A stretch of 64,000 nt of DNA from Mytilus trossulus (lineage: Eukaryota). The translations under genes were made by a program, and so were the position numbers. Under the pieces are notes generated by a model. The model was not told the DNA's origin, did not search any database, and saw only the letters and a list, made by a program, of their open reading frames with translations. Numbering within the stretch: position 1 is the first letter of the stretch; each line of letters starts with the position of its first letter. The stretch covers positions 54,560,001 through 54,624,000 of the forward strand of contig NC_086374.1 in NCBI RefSeq assembly GCF_036588685.1, written 5' to 3'. Shown here in pieces: positions 52,301-63,401 of this stretch.

Positions 52301-55300
52301 AAATGATTATACATGAGTACCTGCACGTCGAAGACATTAAGCATGGAGTTCCCGAAATTTTCAACAGTGCCAAGTGGTCCTGAAGACATTGAAAATGTGC
52401 ACCTCCTGTTCAGGGCAAATTTGAAAATATTCAATATGAATCTTTCATATAAAATTTTTTATGTTTTCAAAAAATAGGTGGCTTTAGATTATGGAGGCCC
52501 CAGAAAAGAATTCTTCAGACTACTGATGCTAGCAATAAAGGAGAAGTATTTCGACAATGGGCTCAGAGATTTATTGGCAGATCAATACCTATTTGTTGGG
52601 AAAATATTTGGTAAGCGTAATCCGTTAATCCGTTTGTAACAATTTCAAGTTGTGTACCAATACGAAAACAAACGTGACTGTCATAAACAATTTTCGGTTT
52701 TGTTTGATCCATACATGAACTTCATTAATTTTATAACTTTAACCACAAGAAGAGCAATTCTTAACAGGACCATGTCTTTATAAGATTTTAACTTTAGAAA
52801 TTAAAGTTGCATTTTTTTTACAAATAAAAGTTTTGCAATTTATGATAAGACTTTTTAAGTTTTAACCCGCCAAAGTGGATAATTTGAAGCAATTGCATTT
52901 TAGGTTATTTTTATAAAATCAGCAAAAATGATGAAAACACTGTACTAATTATGTTGATGTTGGTACATGATATTGTGTTTCATTATTTAATCTTTGTATT
53001 TTACTTTTACGTGACCATGTCCGTAGTAAGCGAAACAGGCGCAATCAAATAAAAACCAGACAGTGTACTTTGTTGTAAAGTTACAGCAGATTTCATTTAG
53101 TGTGTATCCAAAGATATTACTAATAGTCCAGTCAAACTAAGATTTAACCTCAAACTAATTGCAACAGAAAATGTTTTAGTTCTAATCTATAGCATTATGC
53201 CCTTTATATACACAGAAAAAAGTCCCATAAAATCTAACTTGAGGAAAACTCAAAATCAGCACTTTTAATTTCCTATGGAAATTAACATTGGAAGGGGAGA
53301 TAACTCTTACAAAAATGAGTCTTTTTTGGTCAGTTTTTGGTTGTTTTTCTTGAAATGTATGTACAGTATGATACTTTGATGGGGTTATAAGTTTGTATTT
53401 GACTGAAATATATAATCTTCTGCTCATGAAATGTACAAAACCAAAATGGAATGGGTAGTTTTATTTTTTTCATGCATTTTTCATTAAAGAATTTGCAAAT
53501 TTGAAGCTTTGTAACCATTTTGAAAAAATAATGTGAAAATTTGGTAATGTTTATATCTGTATATTATATTATTTCAGCAACTTTCTTATCTAAAGAAACT
53601 TTAAACCACAAAAAGGAGAATACATGCTTAATTATTTTTATTAAATTTGAGATTCTTTACCTTGACATGTTGAAAAATTCAATAAATGGTCAACTAATGA
53701 ATAACGAAATCTAGATTATAGCTTGATAAAATATATGAAAACACATTAAGAGTTGTTTATTATACTGTAAAGACCACTAAAAATCAAAAATCAATACATT
53801 CTGATGGATAGAAGAGGTAAAGTTATAATTTTGTATCAATTTTTATTGATATTTCTGCCTTTTTTGCAAGAGTTATCTCCCTTTACAATACAAATCTACA
53901 TAGGAATTTTAAATGGTGATTTTTTTAGTCTTCCTCAAGTTAGATTTTATGGGACTTTTTTCTGTGTATATTTGGGGTATAATGCTAAAGATTTAAACTT
54001 TTAAATCTTCTGTTGCAATTACTTTTAGGTTAGGGTCAAAATTATGCTAGATAGACTGGACTATAATATCGTTGGTTAGCTTGCTTGTTAGCTGAACCGT
54101 GAAGTCATTGTTCTGTCAGGTAAACAACCCTCCTTTAAGAGTAGACTAGTCCGGCAGATAACCAATCTACCTATCTGTTGGACTAGGCTACTTCGAAAGA
54201 ATGGTAGTATACCTGACCTGATAATGAGTTCACGGTTCAGCTAACAAGCAAGCTAACTAAAGATACTACCTTTGTCTACATACTCAATGAAATCTGCTGT
54301 AAATGTTTTTTTTTATCTTTTCCTTTTCAAGCATTAAGTTCACTTCAAAATGGAAAACTGCCAACTTTTCTTGAATCTGCTGTTGTGGATGAATTGTTCA
54401 ACAATACTGACAGTAACTCAATATGTATTACAAATCTACGACAAGGAATGGATGCTTTAGGATTTTATACTGTAAGTTGGAATTTTCACTTATACTAGTA
54501 GTTTTACTGTCATATTTCAGAAAATAAGTGCAAGTGTTTCGTGATTATGAAATAAATAAGATGTGTATTCTAAAATGTAAAAACGCGTAATTTATTAAAT
54601 GAAAACTAACTCATTTGTTCAGACATTCAGATGCATTTTGAAGATATGAAACATGTATCAGTTTGCTTTTACAACAACTTGTATTCACGGATGATTGATT
54701 CAGTTACATTACCGGTAATAAATTTAAATTTTTGGATCTTCATTATTTTCATCATTTAATCAAGTGAAAGTTTCTATCTGTCTTTTATTGTTTAAACAAA
54801 ATGTGTCGAAATGGCACGAATGACCCCGTCTCAAAAAGTTGAAAAATTTGCGATTTCAATAACACAGGTAGACACAAACATGATGGTAGTCTAACATATT
54901 AAAACTCAGCTTTATATCTGAAAGCGTTTGGGGGAAAAAAAAATCCGTATAACTGTGATTTCAACAAGTTATCAAAGTTCAAAGCCCGTAATGTCGGCAA
55001 CGATTAGCAATGCAGAACATAACTTAAACTTAATCTGTATCTCATCATTGTTAACTCACATGCGAAAAATCAGGGCAATATCTGAAAGCGTTTAGAAAAA
55101 ACTGATAAAAACATTATTTGCTTGCCTTTCAAGGGTAATTACTCTTACAAGGAGTTGTCCAACAAGTTTGACCCAAAGCACACTTTATCATAAGGATAAT
55201 ATATGCTATCGGAAGTTTCTTTCTATCTACATGTATCAGAGTTTTAAAAAAGGTCATAATTTTTCACCTTTCAAGGGCAATAACTCTATCAAGGAGTTGT

Positions 55301-58300
55301 CCATACTAACTTCTTATATCTAATGACTACCCTTTACTTTTGTTTATTGATAGATTTGCAAGGCATTACCGAGTCTAGTGTTTTTATTTCAAAACAACAC
55401 GCCTGCATTAACCATGAGAGGGATTCTACATGTGTTGAAAGCCCAGTTTAGTGAAGAAGGCAGTAATGCCTATTCTTTTGAAAAGCTGGTATATGGAGCC
55501 TTTGTGAGATATCTAAGAGAAGTTGGAAGTGAGTACAATGTAGACTAAACCAAGTACTTATATAATATATTTTGCATCTCTTGAACAGTTGTTCTCTCTC
55601 ACTTTTTTCTCTGCTATATTACAATACATGGTTAGAGATTTTGTGTAAAGCTCGATAATTTTGAATTGTAATTTATGGTACACGTAGTTCTAGTATAATA
55701 TATCGATCCTTATTTTTATCTCCCTGTGATTTCAAGTCAGTGTCAGATGTATTATAACCCAGTGGTGGAAGTGACATTGTAATATTTTCCATACCGTACT
55801 GTATAGATCTCAGAGAGCATTTACACCAAACAATATATCTTAAATGTCCAGGTTAAGTTTTCAGTAAGATATTATACAATACGTGTATATTATATTTGAA
55901 ATAGGCTTGTTTCTTGGTGTTTGTTTGTGTTTTTAAATTATAATTGTCTAATTGTCTCATTTAAGGTGGACGAAGAAGTGCTGTACTCCTGGAAAGTGTT
56001 CTACAGTTTGTCACTGGAGCGACCGAGGAGCCTGTTTTGGGTTTTAAAATCCATCCTTCTATTACCTTCTATGAAGTGGAGACAACATTTTTACCAACAG
56101 CGAACACGTGTATTAGTAGTTTGGGACTTCCTAGGCCATCTTACAATACTGGATTACCAGAGGATGCAGAATTGTTCGAAACCTATGACTACGCTTTTAC
56201 AAGCACATTTTATGGCTTGAAGTAGGCAAAACACTTACTTGTTCTTCTGGTATTGAAACAGTTTTAATTTTATATCATTATTCAACCTGGAAGAAATAAG
56301 ATTTACAAGTATTGATTATAATTGGTCTTTTGCTTAATTTTATGTTTCTAAATACAGAGTAGTATGCTTATAATTATTGTAATTTTGACATAGTCCTTTC
56401 CAACCAGATTAAAAGAGGTCTTAAAACACAGCTCTGGCAATCCACCATTTTATTTTGTGCTCTTAAGACCTTTAAATGGATCATCGATGAGTCATTTAAT
56501 TTGATACAGCAAATATAATAGTTTACAATTCATAATTACGACTTTATGATTGCAAACGCCTTCAGATATACATCAATACCATGATCGTGTGACCTCCAGT
56601 TTAATGGACAGTTCTGGCGTAATGTTTGAAGTTTATCGTTGGGTACAGAAACTGAAGAAGACAACAATTTTACCCCTTGTGTACCCTGGCCATTTTCTTG
56701 TTCATCGGGGTTATCGTCAGTTACTAATTCATTACTGTCAGGTAGGGGCGGTGATTCATCAACAGTGTTGTTCATCACACTTGTGGTAAACATCTGCATA
56801 GGTGTTTTACGGACAGTTCTGATACGATGGTTCGCCCAAGCAGTTTTCCAAATTCCAAGTTTTTCATTTACTTTGTGCAAATACACATGGTGCAGTGCAT
56901 ACATATTAAGTTCATCTAAAGGATCTAATACTCCGATGTCTTCCATATAATAAAATAAATCATAATAGTATGACAAAACTCCAGCATAAACATCTCGCCA
57001 GAGACGCTCTATGCGCTGGTTATGAACACTTTTTCCAGTTATCATGCTACCTCTTCCTGAACCTCTGTTTTTTATCATGTAATCTGCAATTAAAGTGTTC
57101 TCTCTACCCATATCTGAACGGACTCTGGATGGAAGTCCATATGTACTAACGCCTCTCACAAAGCAATTTAATAAAGTCTCTGCTTTGTTATTATCAACAC
57201 ACTCAAGAAAAGTAATCAAACGACTGAATCCATCGATACCACCAGCTATTATCATATTCCATCGTATAAGCTTGTGGTTCGTGTCTACATGCCACAAAGT
57301 ATTTGGAGATTGCACACTGTAGGTTCTCCTATGTAACCGTCCCTTTTTTCTTTCTAGAATACCTTTTCTGTCTACACGGTACATGCTGTCTCTGAGTCTG
57401 TATCTTTGAATCTAGAATTGATTATTAAAATAATCTTATAAGTTATACCTCAAGTTATTCGCGGATGTGTTCTAGTAAATTAATGATATAAAATGTTTTG
57501 TTGTCTATATACATATAAATAAAAAATCATTAATGTATATATGTACACGAATGTGGAAGAAAATCTCAAGAACGTTAGCCAAAAAAGGATCGATAACTCT
57601 GCATGGATGATAAAACATTTTTAAGCGGGAAAATACGAATGCCTTCTCAAATTCATGCTATTAGAAAAGAAATCAAAATATTACAGAAGAGTATGATCCA
57701 CCATGTTCTTACACTTCACTATAATTAATATAGTAGAATAAAATGATATACAAATGCATGAAAATGATATATACAAGTATTAACATGATTAATGTAATAT
57801 AGAACAGATCTATCATGCTATGGAGGGGTATTTGTGAAAAATTCCAGTCGAGGGACTGTGAAATTTCCCAAGCCGCTAGGTATCTGTTTATTTACACCGA
57901 ATGAGTTTTTATTGAAACTGTTTGTATATAATAGAGAAATCGTAGTCCCGCGGGAATTACTACATGAACTTACATACGCGTTAGTGCTTTTTGTAACCTC
58001 AAGGTATCTAAGTGTGAAAGTCATTGTTATTCCATCTTTAAATCGTACATTTGTATAGACGTCTTTTTCCCCACTTTATATCTGAGATTTTCTTTTTAAA
58101 GGTTTTCGGTTTAACTCAATCAATAGGGCTTAACCACGTTGTCTATAAAATGTTATTTGCCGCAAATTCAACAGCAGTGGTGAAAAACGTTAAAATTCTT
58201 TTGAAATGAGGAAAAAATATAAGAATATGCAAAAATACACAGGCTATCAACCAATCAAAATTTAGCATTCTTATATAAGGTGCAATTAATAACAATCAAC

Positions 58301-61300
58301 CAGTATACTGATTTGTATCACTTCATATTAATAATCATTGTGGTGAGGTTAAATTTCCTGTCATTAATTCATCATCCATGCACGAACTTGTCCCATAAAT
58401 AATCATATCTGTACATTTACCTCACTTTCGGGTTTATAGATGTGATTTTTTTTTCTGAAACAAGTGCTTTTCGGACCATCCTCAAGAACTTGCGGTTATC
58501 CGATGTTCAGTACTTCAGTAATTTGATTATAGTTCGTTATTACGTTCTTACTTGTGTTGAACTTTTACATCACTGTCTCATGTGTTGGGGAGGGATGAGA
58601 TTCCCGCGCTAACATGTCTAACCGTGTCGTATATTCTAAATATATGATAATGTGTCAGTCTCAAATCAGGAGCCTGCAATTCATTGGTTGTCGTTTTTTG
58701 ATGTGTTACATATTTGTTTTTCATTTAATTTTTTTATTACTAATAAGGCCTTAGTTCATTCGTTTTAATTGTTTTATAGATGAATTGCAGTATGGGTTGT
58801 GCTCATTGTTGAAGGCCGTAAGGTGACCTATAGTTGTTAATTTCTGTGTCATTTTGGTCACTCAGTGTGGAGAGTTGTCTCATTGCATTCATACCAAATC
58901 TTTGTTTTTACATTGACCATTTGGTATATGGCCGTGCTTTAAGCGACACGTACATATAGGTCATACTGGTACCGTTAATTTTATTACTACCACTGGGTCG
59001 ATGCATCTGCTGGTGGACTTTTAGTCCCCAAGGGTATCACCAGCCTAGTGGCCAGTACTTCGGTACTGCCATGAAAATACGGATTTTTTGTGTTATTAAA
59101 ATTTGCTGTTACAAATATTAGAAATTATTATAAATTAAGGAATGTATCTCCCTCATGCAAAGCTCTGATTCCTTTCACGGATTTGGCTATACTTTTTGGA
59201 CCTTTTGGATTATAGCTCTTCATCTTTTATATAAGCTCTGGATTTTAAATATTATGGCCACGAGCATCACTGAAGAGACATGTATTGTCGAAATGCGCAT
59301 CTGGTGCAAGAACATTGGTACCGTTAATTTTATTAACTATTTTAAAGAAATCAAATCGTTAACTGATAATGGGTGCCATAGGTGGTTCACCGGAATTTTC
59401 TTAGAGATAGGAAACTAAGGGTGTTACTTAAACAGAAAAGGGGAGTGTCAAATATTTCATGTATATTTTGAACAAAGAGAGGAATACCTCGGCAGCCTTT
59501 GCCAAATCAAAACAATGTACCTTCGGACTTTGTGTTTCGAATTGTAGTTACCTTTTCATACTTAGTATTTATTCTAATTCAAGCTCCATGTGATGCAAGA
59601 AAATACTGAGTATCTTGGAGCAAGGCTATTTTCTTCTTTTCGGGGGGAGGGGGACTCCTAGCAAATAACATGTTTATTATGGCATTGTAGAGATTTTCTG
59701 ATTAAATAAATAAAGTTGCCGATCCGGTACATGAATAGATCGGTTAAAAAGCATTTTTTTAAAATTGCAATTAAATTGGAAAAGCTTAATACGAGGGTTG
59801 GAAATTGAGAGCACAAAAAGGGGGTTGGGGGTTTGTTCCACAGGGAAATTTTTATCTTATGAATTCTACCTTTGAAAGGTTAATATACTATTAGGTAATT
59901 AAAAGAGAAAAAAAAAAAAAAAAATGTGAAAAAAAGATTAATGGTTTTTCTTCCATGCCTAGAATTTGCTTCCATTGAAATTTTGCAAACATCCCAGAAC
60001 AAATCACATGAATGATTAATATTGACCATTTGGTATAAAAAAAAAAATATTCAAATATGATGTAACGTGTTCCGAAATCTATGCATTTTTTGAAACAACC
60101 TGATCCGAACTTTCCGTATCTTAATTATGTTGTAGTATGACCCACACACAGGCGGCAAACAGAGGTCTACCCGGGGGTTGATTTCACTATCAAAATACGA
60201 CGGGAAGGGGCACTTTAAATTTAACCCCCTACCTGAAATTATTCAGGTCATGTGAAATTGTAGATCACAACTTATCCAAAGAAACGAAAATTCTGATCTG
60301 AAATTGTCAAAAAAGGATCAGGGGCGGATCCAGCCATTTTATAAAGGGGGTCCTAACCAAGGTCAAAAAAGGAGAGGGTGTTCCAACTATACATGTCCCC
60401 ATTCAAATGCATTGATAGTCCAACAATCACATTTAAGTCAATCAGTTTTTGATTAATGAAGCAATCTTGCTTCTCTCAGAATATATTTTAAGCATACTAT
60501 GGCTAGTAATATTTGTATACACCAGATCTTTATTTGATTTGAATATATTAATAATGTCAACAATTTCGGCTAAATCAATGTTGATCGGATCAGATACCGT
60601 GATTTTCAGATCTATTGTAAATGTCTGTAATTATCATATCCACATCGTAAAGCCGGGAAATGGATCAGAAACATACTAGTGTTTAAAAATATTCAATTTA
60701 GGACTGGGGTTTTGGAATGTATGGTACAAACCTTAATGTTTTGTTGGGCTAATATCTGCTTTAATAGACTCACTCCACAGCAAGGAAATTCCACTACCTG
60801 TTTTGCAACAACAGCATCTAAATCCTCGTCAGAAATGTTAGAAAATTCAAGTTTGCTCAAATTATACATTTTCATATTTCTATAAATTGTACTCTCTGAT
60901 ACACTAAACATCTCACTAATTTCTATAACAGTTAAATCAATTTCAAGCAGGGACTCCAGTGCTTCTTTGGGAATAAAAAACTTGTTATTACTCTTAGTCA
61001 AAATATTGCTGCTAAAATGAACACACGCAATTCTTAATTCCATTATTTTTCTCCTGTCGTTCATACCTAAATATGCGAAATCTTGAAGCGACAACTTGCA
61101 AATTAAGTCAGGTGTTATTTTTTCCTGGTGAAAAATTCCAACTTGGGAACGTAAACCACACCGATTCAAAACTGCTTCCATTTCTTCCATTTTCATTCAA
61201 TCACTTAAAGGTGTTCATGAATAAAACGTCCGTCAAAAGTATCCGCGTTCGGTTTTTTCCGACAATTTCCGTTATTGACTTCCCGACTTTTACTACATCA

Positions 61301-63401
61301 TCATAATGTATACAACCACTGAACATAAAGTTGACCGAACCGAATATGATATCGATGCTTTTACTGAACATAATGAATAATCTACTGAATATAAAGAAAC
61401 CGGGACTACTGAAGATATTACATAATGTACTGCAAATAATATTGAATCTACTGAACATAATGTCGAATGTACTGAACATAATGAGAACTGTACTGAACAT
61501 AACGTCAGAAGTACCGAACATAATTCAAATACCACTGCATATAATAATGAAACTACTGAACATAATAACCAAAGCACCGAATATAATGTAAAAACTACTT
61601 AACATAATGTAATAACTACTGAACATAATAGGATATCTACTGAACATAATATACATACTACTGAACATAATGGATAAAGCACCTAACATATTAAGCAATC
61701 AACATCAGAAGACAGTCATGGCGTTCCATACATTACCTCAAAACTGCCAATTATTTGGTCAGACAGATTGTAGGCTTTCAATTGGCCTCAGTTTGGTTAA
61801 TGTTTCTCTTTTTAGCTTACCTTGCCCATACCAAAATTATGTAAATATTTAGGTTGAAATTACAAATTGATATGAAATAAATGATAAATAAAAGGATATA
61901 TTCAGTTCAGATAATAAAATAATCAACTATAAGTTATCTGTTATATTACCATGCTAAATATTATTGTGTTTATATACATGTATGTCTAGTTATGAAAATT
62001 TTACTGAACTTTGTATGCTTTCAGTTGCTTGCTGAAAAAACAGAGGGGATATGGGCTAGTCAGTTACCATTCTTATACAAGGTTTGTATAATGCAGTGTT
62101 TCCAACACAGCCTTACACTTTTTTGAGTCCTCTTCATTTTTAGGGTGGTTATTTGGGAAAGATAGCCTAAACATTTATCATTTGTTTATACATGTTATAG
62201 GAAATGATCAAATAAGATTGAAAAAAATAAAAAAATAATTAAAAACTTAAACCCAGAACCATAGAGCTTGATGATTGTCTAAGTTGATAAGTTGATGTGG
62301 TGATAACTTCAAGATGGATGTCAAATTTGATAAAACTCCTTGCAAAAGAAAATACTGTGGATTCTTGATTTTCATCATGTTCATGGATTGAGGAAAAATT
62401 GTATTTTCATGTTTCTAAAGTCAACATTCAGCCCTGTAAATTAAAAATAAAATTGAACATTTTAAATGCATCAATCAACTTACCCATGAAGTCCATGAAC
62501 ATGATGAACAAATGGTAGTCTACATATAATAAGGAATCTAAAGTATCACAATTTATTAGGAGGAATTACACATTTATTGCTGTTCTTCGTCTTAACAGTT
62601 GTTTGAAGGTCTTCAGTAATGAACAAACCAGCTTGCATCTAACAACTGTACCAATGTAAAGATAGCATCTGGCATCTACCTAAATAGTATTTTGATGCCC
62701 CACCTACAATAGTAGAGGGGCATTATGTTTTCTGGTATGTGCCTCTGTTTGTCTGTTTGTTCGTTCCGCTTCAGGTTAAAGTTTTTGGTCGAGGTAGTTT
62801 TTGATGAAGTTGAAGTCCAATCAATTTGAAACTTAGTACACATGTTCCCTATGATATGATCTTTCTAATTTTAATGTCAAATTAAAAATTGACCCCAATT
62901 TCATGGTCCACTGAACAAAGGAAAAGATAGTGTGAAGCTCAGGTTAAAGTTTTTGGTCAAGGTAGTTTTTGATGAAGTTGAAGTCCAATCAACTTGAAAC
63001 TTAGTACACATGTTAACTATGATATGATCTTTCTAATTTTAATGCCAAATTAAAGTATTGACCCCAATTTCATGGTCCAGTGAACATGTAAAATGATAGT
63101 GTGAGTGGGGCATCCATGTACTATGGACACATTCTTGTTTGTTATCTATCACTTGATGTTATACGTTACTTTGGTTTATCGACATTTGTCTTGTAATTGG
63201 TATATGTGTATCAATATTAATTTTAATATTTTTCATTTCAGATGAAATACAGTAAACTCCTCAATTTTAAAGACCTAGGGTACATGAGTGTTATAGAGTT
63301 ATGTAATTCTTTTCCTGACCAGATTTTGATAGAAAGACCTGTATCCAAGGGAGATTGGTTATTGTATGATGCTAGAGTTCCTAGAAAATCACCTAAAAAG
63401 G
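43307..63401 (+). CDS. TDRD5: TDRD5-like (Tejas-type) LOTUS-domain piRNA-pathway gene, 5' exons 43307-44117, 45123-45277, 62025-62081, 63242-63401; continues beyond the window
   Basis: Extended LOTUS1 KEIRALLMS...PFRELGY...DMTDV...[16 protein letters not shown]; LOTUS2 YSKRFG..F.FNRLGF; LOTUS3 assembled across exons 2-4 (LQTELRD|[19 protein letters not shown]|[20 protein letters not shown]); phases consistent. The Tudor domain is not in the window, so TDRD7 is not fully excluded. Confidence 0.75.
44298..44526. mobile_element. Small MITE
   Basis: CAGGGGTTCAAATT...AATTTGAACCCCTG TIRs. Confidence 0.6.
45413..45933 (+). repeat. Left TIR (521 bp) containing 17 units of ~21 bp (45473-45835)
   Basis: Reverse complement of 61210-61730 with about a dozen substitutions and no indels seen; core TTATGTTCAGTA. 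Confidence 0.95.
45947..56225 (+). CDS. Transposon-encoded SAM / UBZ zinc finger / HECT E3-ligase-like protein, 664 aa; exons 45947-46163, 48775-49551, 51186-51478, 52478-52610, 54332-54471, 55354-55528, 55966-56225
   Basis: SAM ([20 protein letters not shown]); CX2CX11HX3C at 49257-49316; HECT motifs LEVQFYNE|[26 protein letters not shown] (catalytic Cys), C-terminal FYGLK; all six introns GT-AG and in phase, no stops. Confidence 0.88.
48212..48610. mobile_element. MITE in intron 1 of the HECT gene
   Basis: ~80-bp TIRs (caattggtatttatccgtttcagatccgttcatc / gatgaacggatctgaaacggataaatgtcaattg). Confidence 0.75.
51679..51958 (-). mobile_element. tRNA-derived SINE
   Basis: Minus strand GGCCTCGGTGGTCGAATGG (A box) and GTGAGTTCGAACC (B box); 11-bp TSD GTTTATAAGAT (51668-51678, 51959-51969). 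Confidence 0.8.
53084..54299. mobile_element. Tc1/mariner-type hairpin MITE (TA TSD) interrupted by a Harbinger-type MITE
   Basis: TA-CAGCAGATTTCATT...AATGAAATCTGCTG-TA; the arms rejoin once 53124-54066 is removed. Confidence 0.75.
53124..54063. mobile_element. PIF/Harbinger-type MITE with ~190-bp imperfect TIRs
   Basis: TAGTCCAGTC...GACTGGACTA; TAA TSD (53121-53123, 54064-54066). Confidence 0.75.
56536..61196 (-). CDS. IS3EU-type DDE transposase with N-terminal SAM and HTH domains, 446 aa; exons 61196-60732 and 57411-56536
   Basis: SAM-like [34 protein letters not shown]; [22 protein letters not shown]; catalytic WHVD...[32 protein letters not shown]; phase-0 GT-AG intron; no lesions. Confidence 0.92.
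58967..59335 (+). mobile_element. Non-LTR retrozyme: one 349-nt monomer plus a 20-nt terminal direct repeat
   Basis: TGGTACCGTTAATTTTATTA at 58967-58986 and 59316-59335; contains a hammerhead ribozyme. Confidence 0.75.
59264..59307 (+). ncRNA. Intact type I minimal hammerhead ribozyme; predicted cleavage after C59301
   Basis: Stem I GCAUCA/UGGUGC, core CUGAAGA, stem II GACA/UGUC, GAA, palindromic stem III AUGCGCAU, AUC cleavage triplet. Confidence 0.85.
61210..61730 (-). repeat. Right TIR (521 bp) with the mirrored ~21-bp array (61308-61670)
   Basis: TACTGAACATAA cores; reverse complement of the left TIR. Confidence 0.95.
62692..63140. repeat. HINE/Helentron-type element with two ~168-bp tandem satellite units
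   Basis: tcaggttaaagtttttggtc...gatagtgtga at 62771 and 62939; short subterminal IR (atgcccc / ggggcat). Confidence 0.6.

Larger units (their letters stand above)
45413..61730. mobile_element. Apparently autonomous IS3EU-type DNA transposon, 16,318 bp, with two convergent genes
   Basis: 521-bp TIRs, TATGGAAC...GTTCCATA termini, exact 6-bp TSD CATTAC (45407-45412, 61731-61736), intact IS3/integrase-type DDE gene. Confidence 0.92.

Noticed and set aside
45947-56225. Host G2E3 orthologue
   Set aside because: No PHD/RING cluster; the gene lies wholly within transposon boundaries inside another gene's intron
56536-57384. Retroviral/LTR or Polinton integrase, or bacterial IS contamination
   Set aside because: No RT, gag, LTRs, polB or capsid genes; the gene has a spliceosomal intron and sits between TIRs with a 6-bp TSD
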